Origin: Planctomycetota bacterium
Lineage (GTDB): Bacteria; Planctomycetota; UBA8108; SXIK01
Direction: 5' to 3'
DNA: 64,000 nucleotides
Assembly (NCBI GenBank): GCA_965223845.1
Contig: CBDCXR010000004.1
Coordinates: 800,001-864,000 of the forward strand
Made by a program: the position numbers and the translations under genes. This document shows, piece after piece, positions 18,040 to 27,900 of the stretch. The notes beneath the pieces are model-generated. The model searched no databases. It had not been told where the DNA came from and saw only the letters and a program-made list of their open reading frames with translations. Numbering within the stretch: the first letter of the stretch is position 1; each line of letters starts with the position of its first letter.

Positions 18040-19614
18040 GTGAACGCCATGCCCGCCGCCATCAAAGGTATCGTTTCTGGGTTCTGTTTCGTGCTGCTGG
18101 GGGCGGCTGCCGTCGCGGAGAACCCGCAGTACTCCGCTCTCTGGGGCCGCAACGGCGAACGCTGGGAGGCGGCGGGTCGACTTCCCGATTTTTCGTACGC
18201 GGGCTACCACCGTGGCGAGCGCCCTCTGCCGGACTTGAGTACGAGGGAGCGAGTCAGCGTCAAGCAGTTCGGCGCCAAAGGAGATGGAACGACGGACGAC
18301 ACGGAGGCGTTTCGACGGGCGCTCGACGATGCCCGAGGGAGAGTTGTTTTCGTTCCCTCCGGGCGATACCGGATCACCGACATCCTCCGCCTCGACACGA
18401 GCGGTACTGTTCTCAAGGGCGAAGGGGCTGACTCTTCGATCCTCTTCTTCCCGAAACCGCTCAACGAAATCCGGCCGAACTGGAGTGCGACGACGACGGG
18501 ACGGCGGACGTCGAACTACTCGTGGTCCGGAGGATTCATACACGTAGCCGGCTCTTTTTCGCGTCGTGAGCTCGCCGAGGTGACGCGAGAGGCGCGGCGT
18601 GGTGATCGCTCTCTCGTCGTCTCGGACGGCAGCGGGCTCAAGGTCGGCGATTTCGTCCGCCTCGTCCTAAAGGAGAGTCCGAGCGGTTCCCTCGTCCGCG
18701 AACTGTATGCCGGCGACCCTGGGCGCGTCGACAATCTGAAGGGTCGCACGCGCGAGTCATTCGTTTTCCGCGTCGCGAAGATCGAAGCCAGTGAAGGGCG
18801 CATTCACTCCGATCGTCCTCTGCGCACAGACGTCCGGCTCGAGTGGAAACCCACTCTGTTTCCCGCGCAGAGCAGCACGGAGGAGGTCGGTGTCGAGCAC
18901 CTCGGATTCGAGTTTCCCGCGACTCCGTATCGGGGTCATTTCACGGAAGTAGGATTCAATGCGCTCGCCATGAGCGGTGTCCGCAACTGTTGGGCGCGCG
19001 ATCTCAGGATCCTCAACTCCGACAGCGGCCTCTTCATCGGAGGCGTGAACGTCACGCTGCACGGCATCCGACTCGAATCAGAGCGTAAGAATGAACCTTC
19101 CCGCCGCGCGACGGGGCACCACGGCATTACGCTGGGAGGCCAAGACAATCTTCTGACGCGGTTCGACATCCGGACGCGGTTCATGCACGACATCACCGTG
19201 ACTCGCGGCTCGGCTGGCAACGTCGCATCGGGCGGCCGCGGCGTCGATCTGGCCCTCGATCATCACCGCTACGGCCCTCACTCGAACCTCTTCACGGACA
19301 TCGATCTCGGCGCGGGCACACGAATGTTCCAATCGGGCGGCGGCGCAAAGCTCGGTCGTCACAGTGCGGCCCACGAGACCTTCTGGTGCGTCCGCGCGCG
19401 CCGGTCGCAGGTGTGGCCGCAGGGTTGGGGACCGGATCGAATGAATTTCGTCGGTGTCGAGAGCGGCGATAAGTCCGTCACCGATGTCGATGGTCGCTGG
19501 TTCGAAGCCATCGCTCCCGGCTCCCTTCGGCCTCGCGATCTCCATCGGGCGCAGCTGAAGCTTCGGCTGAAAAACCGTGCTTCGGCTCCCGCGGGAGGGG
19601 GCAAGGGCCCCTGA
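18040..19614 (+). CDS. Secreted pectate-lyase-superfamily beta-helix protein
   Basis: LPDFSYAGY, SVKQFGAKGDGTTDDTEAFRRAL, VFVPSGRYRI, VLKGEG. Confidence 0.8.
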   Translation: MNAMPAAIKGIVSGFCFVLLGAAAVAENPQYSALWGRNGERWEAAGRLPDFSYAGYHRGERPLPDLSTRERVSVKQFGAKGDGTTDDTEAFRRALDDARGRVVFVPSGRYRITDILRLDTSGTVLKGEGADSSILFFPKPLNEIRPNWSATTTGRRTSNYSWSGGFIHVAGSFSRRELAEVTREARRGDRSLVVSDGSGLKVGDFVRLVLKESPSGSLVRELYAGDPGRVDNLKGRTRESFVFRVAKIEASEGRIHSDRPLRTDVRLEWKPTLFPAQSSTEEVGVEHLGFEFPATPYRGHFTEVGFNALAMSGVRNCWARDLRILNSDSGLFIGGVNVTLHGIRLESERKNEPSRRATGHHGITLGGQDNLLTRFDIRTRFMHDITVTRGSAGNVASGGRGVDLALDHHRYGPHSNLFTDIDLGAGTRMFQSGGGAKLGRHSAAHETFWCVRARRSQVWPQGWGPDRMNFVGVESGDKSVTDVDGRWFEAIAPGSLRPRDLHRAQLKLRLKNRASAPAGGGKGP

Positions 19615-19807
19615 GTCGCGGAGACACAGTGCCGACGGGCGTCGTGATCGCGGCCGGCGCTTCGGTGCCGACGCTCGCCTCCCTCGGCGAGATCCGGTTC
19701 GGCAGGCCAGGATCGTTCGAGGGTCCGCCTCGGCTGCCGGTGCTCATCCAGTCCTTCGAATCGGAGAAGGAGCATTTGTTCCGCACGCCGGTCGGCGGTT
19801 CGGCAGA

Positions 19808-21202
19808 TCACACGGTGCGCGAAAAGCGTGTCTCTTTCCCCGGGCGTTCGAGATACGCGTCGAACGCCATGGCGATGTTGCGCACGAGAAGCCGGCCGAG
19901 CGGGAGAACTTCGATGCGGTCGGGTCGAAGCGAGACGAGCCCATCCTCCCCCATGGGGGCGAGTTTCTCGAGCGCGCTCGCAAAGTGGTCGTCGAAGGCG
20001 ATGCCGTGGATCTCTTCGAACTCCGCCTTGTGAACGACGAAATGACACATGAGGCGTGTGATCACGTCGCGGCGCCGGAGATCGTCGTCGGTGAGCAGCA
20101 CTCCTTTGAAAGCGGCGAGGCCGGCAGTGCTCACCGCCGCCTGGTAGTCGTCGACGCTCTTTAGGTTTTGCACGTACGACCGCCCGACCTGACCGATACT
20201 CGTCGCGCCGAGCCCGTAGAGGTCACAGTCGGCATGGGTCGTGTAGCCTTGAAAGTTGCGGTGGAGCGTGCGGTTCTTCATGGCCACCGTCAGTTCGTCT
20301 TCGGGGCGGGCGAAGTGGTCCATGCCGATGAAGACGTAGCCGCTCTCGGTCAGGCCTCGCACCACCATTTCGAGGATCGCGAGCTTGTCGGTCGGGCTAG
20401 GCAGCGCTGCGGCCGGGATCGCGCGCTGGTGCGAAATCACCTCGGGTAGATAGGCAAAGTTGAAGAGTGCGATTCGGTCCGGTCCGATCTCGCGGACGGT
20501 ATCCACGGTCTCCCGGAAGCTCTCGACCGTCTGATGCGGCAGGCCGTAGAGAAGGTCCACGTTGATCGACGCGAAGCCGAGCTCCCGGCAGCGGTCGAAG
20601 ACGCGGCGGGTGAGGTCCTCCGGCTGGATGCGGTGGACCGCCTTCTGAACTTCCGGGTCGAAGTCCTGGATCCCCATCGATAGACGATTGAACCCGGCTT
20701 CGGCGAGCGTCGCGAGGTGCTCGTCGGTCACCTCCCGCGGATCGATTTCGACCCCGATCTCGGCGTGTCGGTCGAGGTCGAAGTGCTCGACGATTCCGCC
20801 CCAGAGTCGAGCCAGGGTCGCGGGCCGTAGAAACGTCGGCGTGCCGCCACCCCAGTGGATCTGGACGACTTTCCGTCTGGGCGCGAGAAGCGGCCTCAGC
20901 GCGGCGATCTCGCGAAGCACGTGGTCGACGTAGAGATCGCCCTGGCTGCGGTTCTTCGTGAAGTGCACGTTGCAGCCGCAGAAGTAACAGACCGACTTGC
21001 AAAAGGGGAAGTGGAAGTACAGCGAGAGCGGCGTCTCGGCGCCGGGCGCGTTGGTGCGCGCGATCTCCGCTCGGTAGGCGTCCAGCCCGAAGTCGGCAGA
21101 GAAGTGGGGAACCGTCGGGTACGAGGTGTAACGCGGCCCGGGACGGTCGTAGCGAAGGATCAGATCGGCGTCGAACTCGGGCGAATCCCAGCGGCTGGCC
21201 AT
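19808..21202 (-). CDS. hemN: Oxygen-independent coproporphyrinogen III oxidase (radical SAM)
   Basis: GPRYTSYPT, LSLYFHFPFCKSVCYFCGC, HWGGGTP, IGMDHFA, LHRNFQGY, FSRTV C-terminus. Confidence 0.95.
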   Translation of the reverse strand: MASRWDSPEFDADLILRYDRPGPRYTSYPTVPHFSADFGLDAYRAEIARTNAPGAETPLSLYFHFPFCKSVCYFCGCNVHFTKNRSQGDLYVDHVLREIAALRPLLAPRRKVVQIHWGGGTPTFLRPATLARLWGGIVEHFDLDRHAEIGVEIDPREVTDEHLATLAEAGFNRLSMGIQDFDPEVQKAVHRIQPEDLTRRVFDRCRELGFASINVDLLYGLPHQTVESFRETVDTVREIGPDRIALFNFAYLPEVISHQRAIPAAALPSPTDKLAILEMVVRGLTESGYVFIGMDHFARPEDELTVAMKNRTLHRNFQGYTTHADCDLYGLGATSIGQVGRSYVQNLKSVDDYQAAVSTAGLAAFKGVLLTDDDLRRRDVITRLMCHFVVHKAEFEEIHGIAFDDHFASALEKLAPMGEDGLVSLRPDRIEVLPLGRLLVRNIAMAFDAYLERPGKETRFSRTV

Positions 21203-21455
21203 AGCGCTCTCTTTCCAGAAGTCACGACAGACTTAGATTCTACACCGCGAGGAGGACGAAGTCGGGAGGCTGGACTTCTCGCCGGATCGCGGGGCGATCC
21301 GATTCCGCCGCCTCGTATCTACGCCGATCTCTGCGGGCGAATCAATCGGTCGATCCTCGCGCGCGATCGACGGTTCCGCGCCCGTTCGGGGTGAACGGAA
21401 CCCTCCGGATCGAGCGGTCGGCCACCGGTCGAGCTGGTCACGGGAAGAGGAGCAC

Positions 21456-24400
21456 TTAGTTGCATTCGGGTCCGGTCTCGCAGTCGACGATCAACACGCA
21501 CGCCTGCGGCGAGCCCACGACGGACAGCGGGTGCGCCGACCCGTCTCCGAAGAGGAATAGGAGCAGGCCCACCGCGTCAGAAATATCGACGCGGCCGTCC
21601 GGCTGCCAATCGAGGAGCGCGACGTTGCCCGGCGACCGATGGTCCGGCCCACAGGGCAACTCCTCGGGTTGCCCGGTAAAGAGGGAGCCGAGCACGCAGA
21701 CGCCATCGGCCAGATTGAGCGATCCGTCTTGGTTACAGTCTCCCGGCACGCGGCCTCCGCCCGGCGGCGGCGTGCCGATCGTGACGTCGACGGACGCGCG
21801 CGCGCGTTGGCCGGCCGAATCGATCGCCGACAGCTCGATGCGATGCCGCCCCTCACGGAGCGGTCGGCTCGCGTCGATTCGAAGGACGCGCCCGGTCGCG
21901 AGCAGCCCGTCGAGATTCGAGCGCCACTCGACGTTCTCGTCGGGGATCGCACCGTCCTCGAGATCTTCGGCCGATCCGCGGAGTTCGAACTCCTGGCCTA
22001 GCTCGAAGGCGGCTCCGTCGAGAGATGAGAGAATCACGACCAGTGGTTCTCGATCGTCCACTTCGAACGGCGCCGACTCCGCGAACCCCGTCAAGACGCC
22101 GTCGCTCGCTCGCACGAGGACTTGGACCTCCGTACCGCCCGCGACGACCCCGCCCGGGATGGAGAACGATGTCTCCTTCCAGTCCATGACGACGACTTCC
22201 CACACCCCGCCGGCTTCGGATCGAACCTCGACGGTGTACTTTAGATCGTCGCCGTCGGCGTCGTTCGTCGTCCACTCGACCTCGATGTCCTCACTCGCGG
22301 CATGCTGATCGCCGGCGCGCGGACGGAGGATCGAAACGGTCGGGACGCTTTGGGACACGTCCCGCGTGAGGATGCGACTCGATTCGATCTCCTCGAGCAC
22401 GATCACTCGAGCGGTCGCTTCCGGAAGGTCGAGCCAGCCCTCGATCGTGAATGGATGGTCATGCCCGTCCTCGTGGACCGAGTATTCGGCCGTCTCGAGC
22501 CGTCTCGTCGCGAGCGATTGATCCGACGCGTCGAGCGCCACCGCCACGTAGCCCGTCTGCCCGTCCCTCGGCTCCGGGTCGGCCTCGTGAACCACCGTGT
22601 AGAAGGGCTCGAACTGGAATCCATCGCGGCCGTCAAAGCGACCCCGGATGAGCGTCCGACGGACCGGTTGGGCGATGCCCTTCGCGCCCGCTCGTTTCCG
22701 CGCCTTCACGGGCCCGGAGAGCCCTGTGCGGCGGAGCGCGTTCCAGGTGTAATCCGAAATCCAACGCGGGTTTCCTCCGTACGACATGAAATCGTGCGTG
22801 TGGCTGTCCTCGACAGCCTGCATCGTCTCCGGATCGAACGCGTGCCCTCCGATCCGACCGTGGTCGTACGGGTAGTCCGAGTCGAAACCTCCTCCCGAGT
22901 CCTCCCCGTGCGAGTTTCCGGCGTGCCGCCGGCCGTAGTTGTGGCCGACTTCCTGAGCCGCCGTCCAGATGTTGAGGCTCGAGACCGAGCCCGGCTTGCC
23001 GACGCGCGCAAGTCCGGAAGCTCGACCGAAGTCGGGGTGCGGCGCGAGCTCCGCTGGATCCACGAACGCGATGTGAATCGTGTCGCTACAGAAGAACGAA
23101 AAGATCGCGCACGCGCGGTCGATCATGTCGCCGACGACGTCGCCCATGTGGTCGTTGGCATCGTAGCGGGCGTCCTTGATCGGAAGGATGCGCAGCTCGC
23201 CGTAGGGGTAGGTTTTTCGAATTCCGTCGAAAGCCGCGAGGATCTGTTGATCCGTGAAAGCGAACTCGGTTCCGTCGGCGCGGCGCACACGCGCGCGAAA
23301 AGGCTGGATGCGAAGTTCTCGGCCCGGGTGGAGGACGAACTCCCGAGCGAGCACGTTGTTCGCGCGACACGTCGACGCGCACTCGTCGAGGTCGTTGTTC
23401 GGATCGATTTCGGCCTCGACGAGAATCGTGCCGGACGTGTTGACCCAAGTCGCAGGCAGGATGAAGTTCCACGTTTTGGTCTCGTCGGCGAAGCGCTCGT
23501 CGATGGACTCCCGTCGATCGATCGAGATCGATTCGATGTGCGGCGAGAGCGGGGAGTCGGGAAGCTCACGCCCCTCCCGATCGAATCCACGAAGAATCGC
23601 GCTCACGTTCGGCCGCACCAAATCTCCGCGCGGAAACGTCCCGGGCGTGACCCGCGCCACCGTGCGGCGTCCGGTCACGAGCTCCCCGCGATCGCCGGCC
23701 GTGGCTTGCGTGAGGAAGAGACGTCGGACACGCACAAAGTCGCGGCACTGTTCCGGGTCGTCGACGAGGTCGAGAGACACCGAGTGAGTATTCGAGTTGA
23801 GGTTGAGCGACTCGGTCGCGAGCTCGACGTCCTCCCCGGGCAGCGTCACGAGAAGCGACGCGAAGACGTCGGACGTCCACTTCGTGTTGTTGCGTGGATC
23901 CGGAAGCTTCGGGGAAAGATCCTCGCACCAGTCGAACTCGAGAGAGAAGCGACCCTCGCCGTCGGTGCGCACCGTACGGACGATCGACTCGACCGTCTCG
24001 ACGCGGGCCGGGCTGACGAAGCTCTGACGCATGATCGCCACGAGGGAGACGTCGTACGGCGCGTCGCAGCCGTTGACGGATCCCTCCACGCGGTAGTCGG
24101 CGGAACTCGTCGGGCCGACGTTGCCGTCCGCACAGGTCACCTTCGGAGGCGGTGGGCAGTCGATCGTCCCGTTGATCGCGACGGATGCTCCCGTGACTCT
24201 TCGCAGCGAGCTCCGCAAGACGAGACGACCGGGGCCATCGCGCACCTCGATGAACACTCCACGGAAGTCGAACTCGCAGGTCCCCCCTGGGTCTCGAGGT
24301 GCGGTGAATGAGATGCGATAAGCCCCGCTCGCATCGGTGGTGGACTGTCCGAGATTCGGGTTCGAGGTCGAGACCTGGCATCCGCTACCCGGGATGAAGA

Positions 24401-24563
24401 GGCCGACGCGGAGGGAGCCGACGAGCGTCACCGAGAGACCGCGCACTCCCTCGTCACACCGCGTGATCCTGCCCGTCGCGGTCTCCGCCGAGAGCGCGCC
24501 GGGGAGGGCGACGGACACGAGGATCCACAAGAACGCGGGACATCCGAATCTGCGGGCGAACAT
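21456..24563 (-). CDS. Large secreted protein: metzincin-like domain with a variant QExxH site, Ig-like domains and C-terminal dockerin-like domain
   Basis: AGGAGG RBS and ATG 24563; signal peptide; AAQEVGHNYGRRH and HDFMSY Met-turn; C-terminal PGDCNQDGSLNLADG...DGRVDISDAV. Confidence 0.7.
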   Translation of the reverse strand: MFARRFGCPAFLWILVSVALPGALSAETATGRITRCDEGVRGLSVTLVGSLRVGLFIPGSGCQVSTSNPNLGQSTTDASGAYRISFTAPRDPGGTCEFDFRGVFIEVRDGPGRLVLRSSLRRVTGASVAINGTIDCPPPPKVTCADGNVGPTSSADYRVEGSVNGCDAPYDVSLVAIMRQSFVSPARVETVESIVRTVRTDGEGRFSLEFDWCEDLSPKLPDPRNNTKWTSDVFASLLVTLPGEDVELATESLNLNSNTHSVSLDLVDDPEQCRDFVRVRRLFLTQATAGDRGELVTGRRTVARVTPGTFPRGDLVRPNVSAILRGFDREGRELPDSPLSPHIESISIDRRESIDERFADETKTWNFILPATWVNTSGTILVEAEIDPNNDLDECASTCRANNVLAREFVLHPGRELRIQPFRARVRRADGTEFAFTDQQILAAFDGIRKTYPYGELRILPIKDARYDANDHMGDVVGDMIDRACAIFSFFCSDTIHIAFVDPAELAPHPDFGRASGLARVGKPGSVSSLNIWTAAQEVGHNYGRRHAGNSHGEDSGGGFDSDYPYDHGRIGGHAFDPETMQAVEDSHTHDFMSYGGNPRWISDYTWNALRRTGLSGPVKARKRAGAKGIAQPVRRTLIRGRFDGRDGFQFEPFYTVVHEADPEPRDGQTGYVAVALDASDQSLATRRLETAEYSVHEDGHDHPFTIEGWLDLPEATARVIVLEEIESSRILTRDVSQSVPTVSILRPRAGDQHAASEDIEVEWTTNDADGDDLKYTVEVRSEAGGVWEVVVMDWKETSFSIPGGVVAGGTEVQVLVRASDGVLTGFAESAPFEVDDREPLVVILSSLDGAAFELGQEFELRGSAEDLEDGAIPDENVEWRSNLDGLLATGRVLRIDASRPLREGRHRIELSAIDSAGQRARASVDVTIGTPPPGGGRVPGDCNQDGSLNLADGVCVLGSLFTGQPEELPCGPDHRSPGNVALLDWQPDGRVDISDAVGLLLFLFGDGSAHPLSVVGSPQACVLIVDCETGPECN

Positions 24564-24912
24564 CGCTATTCCTCCTGGACAGTGATTCCAAAGGAGGAAC
24601 TGCGAACTCGCGCGCCGTCGACTCAAGTTTTCTCGAGATTCGTCTTCGTCCGGGTCGATGATTCTCGTTCTCGCGAGCGGTGCTTTCGCCGTGGAAGAGA
24701 CGGCGCGCTCGGGGAGCTCAGCCCGAAAGTGGAGATCGATTCCGCCGAGAACGGCCTGGAGGCCAGAGGCGAGCCGTGGAGCTCGATCATCGCTCGCTGG
24801 AAGGACAAGTACGGCTCACGGCTGGGCTCATGTTATTGAGACGTGTCCGCGCGGTGAGTATCGTGGACCCGTTCCACGGAGAGCTGGCAACGGCGGATTC
24901 ACGGAGAGCGGC

Positions 24913-27900
24913 GTGAGGCGATCACTCTGGTTTCGCTATTTGTTCGCGGAAGCGAGTGATTCTTCGTGCCGCTCCTCTCGTTCACGACCGGCCTTCTTCG
25001 TGCTGGCTTGGCTCGTGTTCGGAAGTATCGTTCCGCGCCTGGCTTGGCCCGGCCCGGAGCCGTCCTCGCCGATCATCATCAGTGAGATCGTCGCGTCGAA
25101 CGACGGGCGGTTTCTCGATGAGAACCGCGAGGCCAGCGATTGGCTCGAGCTGCTCGCCGTCGTCGCGGTCGATCTCGACGGCTGGTTTCTGACCGACGAT
25201 CGGGATCAGCTCACGCGCTGGCGGATTCCGCGCGTCGTCCTCGAGCCCGGCGAGCGCTTGGTTGTCTTCGCGTCGGGAAAGGACCGCGCCGATCCTGACG
25301 CCGAGCTCCACACCGATTTCCAGCTCGACGCTGACGGCGAGTTCCTCGCGATCGTCGAGCCGGATGGCGCGACGATCGCGGACGCGTGGAGTCCCAGCTT
25401 TCCGCCGCAGCGGACGGGCGTTTCGTTCGGAGTCGGGGAAGGCGGCGGAGTCGATCGTTCCGTGCTCGCGGTGGGAGCGGCGTGCCGGTGGTTCGTCCCC
25501 GAGAATGATGCGCTGTCGCCCGCCTGGATCGATCCCGCGTTCGATGATGCGACCTGGAACGAAGGAGCGACCGGCGTCGGTTTCGATCGATCGGGCGGTG
25601 CGCTTCCGGCTCCCGACGAGCGCGTCAACGTCGCGCTCGCAGGAACGTCCGAGCAGAGCTCTGACTTCGCCGCCAACTTCGGCGCGGATCGAGGCAACGA
25701 CGGCAACTTCGGAAACTTCACCGCGACGGCGTCCTCGGATGCGGACGCTTGGTGGCGCGTCGACCTCGGGGCGTCGGAGTCCATCGCCCTCATCGTCGTG
25801 CACAATCGCGGCGACGGGTGCTGCCAGTCGCGGCTGCGAGACATCACGGTCGAGATCCTCGATGACGACGCGTCGATCGTGTTTGAGACGGAGCTCCTCA
25901 ATCGAGAGAACGTCCTCGGTGGGCAGACCACCGACGGGCCCGGCGAGCTTGTCGTCGACGTCATCGAGCGCGTCGGAGCGCCTGTCGAGGGGCGATTCGT
26001 TCGCGTGCGCCGTGCGCCCGATCCGGATCTCTCGGGGACGAGCGGAGCTGGGAACGCCGATGAACCGAACGTGCTTTCGGTCGGCGAGGTCGAGGTCTTC
26101 GCCGGCGGCTCGGCTCTCGCCGGGGCCATCGCGACGGACGTCGGGGACGCCATGCGATCGGTGAGCCCATCTCTCCTCGTCCGGGTGCCGTTCGACGTTG
26201 TCGAGCCGCTGGCCCCCGAATCGAGCCTCTCGCTCCGCATTCGATTCGACGACGGCTTCGTCGCGTACGTGGACGGCGTCGAGATCGCGCGGAGCAGCGC
26301 GCCCGGCGCCGTCGGAGACTTACTCCGGTGGAACGACACCGCGATCGCGGAGAACCCGGACCCGCTCACGGCGATCGAGATCGATCTCTCGGCGGCTCGA
26401 GCCCTGTTTGCCCCCGGACCCCACGTGCTCGCCGTCCACCTACTCAACGTGTCGGTGGACGACGCGGACGCGTTCGTCGAGCCGCAGATCGTCGAGCGTC
26501 GATCGGCACTCGGTGAACTCGGATACTTTTCCCGGCCGACCCCGGGAGAACCGAACGGCGCTCCCGACTTCTCGGGCTGGGTCGCGGATCCGGTGGTCGA
26601 CGTCGACCGCGGCTTCTACGACGCTCCGTTCTTCGTCGAGCTTACGACGGCGACCGAGGATGCCACGATTCGGTACACGCTCGACGGCTCGCCGCCGTCA
26701 TCCAGGCGAGGCTCGGATTTCGACGGACCGATCGAGATCGCCGGAACCTCCGTCTTGAGGGCGGTGGCGCTTCGCGACGACCTCGCTCCGTCGCGCGTCG
26801 TGACGAAAACCTACATCTTCGTTGCCGACGTCCCGTCGCAGCGCGCGATGGTTCGTTCGATCACCGAGCACGACGTCTACGGCCCCCTCCTCGAAGACTC
26901 GCTACTTGCGCAGCCGTCGGTTTCGATCGCCACGGTTCCTTCGATTCCCACGACGTCGGAGGTGCTGGCGTCGGTCGAGCTGATCTTTCCCGACGGCACC
27001 GAAGGGTTTCAAATCGACGCGGGAATCAAGCGCGTTGGCGGGCACAGTCTGGGCGCGTACCCAAAGAACAACATGCGGCTCTACTTCCGGCGCGAATACG
27101 GTCCATCGAAGCTGCGCTATCCGCTGTTTGCGGGAACCGTGTACGAGGACGGCGCGCGCGAGAGCTTCGATCGACTGACGCTTCGATCCGGCTCCCACGA
27201 TTCCGTGTTCTACCTCGGAGACGGGCAGCAGCCCCCGTCGAATGCGCAGTACCTTCGCAATCGGTTCATGAACGACCTTCAGTACGAGATGGGTCGCCCG
27301 TCGCTGAACGGGCGATTCGCGCATCTCTACATCAACGGCCGGTACCACGGACACTACCAGCTTCTCGAACGGCCGGCTCCCGATCACATGGCCGAGGAGA
27401 TGGGCGGAGACAAGGACGACTTCGAAGCAGTCAATCGGAATGTACCCGTCGGCGGCGCGGCGCCCGCGTGGAGCCGAATCCGCACCATTCGTGGCAACTA
27501 CGACGAGGTGCTCCGGTACGTCGACACGCCGAATCTCGTCGACTACATGCTGCTCAATTACTGGGCCGGGAACGCGTGGGACTGGCGTCCGGGGCAGAAC
27601 TGGATGGCCGGTGGGCCGAGCGACCCCGATCGGGGAGGGTACAAGTTCTACTGTTGGGACTCCGACATCGTTCTGCGGAACCTCAACGACAACAATCTCG
27701 GCATCGGCGGACCCGACAACCTCTTTCGCGATCTCTTGCGTCACGAGGACTTTCGCGTACTCGTCGCCGATCGTATCTACGCTCTCTTCTCTGAAGGTGG
27801 TGTGCTCACACCGGAGCGTCTTCAGGAGATCTACGCACGTCGCGCCGAGGAGATCCGCCTGTCGATCGTCGCGGAGACCGCTCGCTGGCAGTGGCGAGGC

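Noticed and set aside
17989-18042. In-frame TGA joining the secretin-N ORF to the beta-helix gene (same situation at 49084-49245)
   Set aside because: The downstream genes have their own signal peptides, the linkers do not look protein-like, and one junction in three is in frame by chance.
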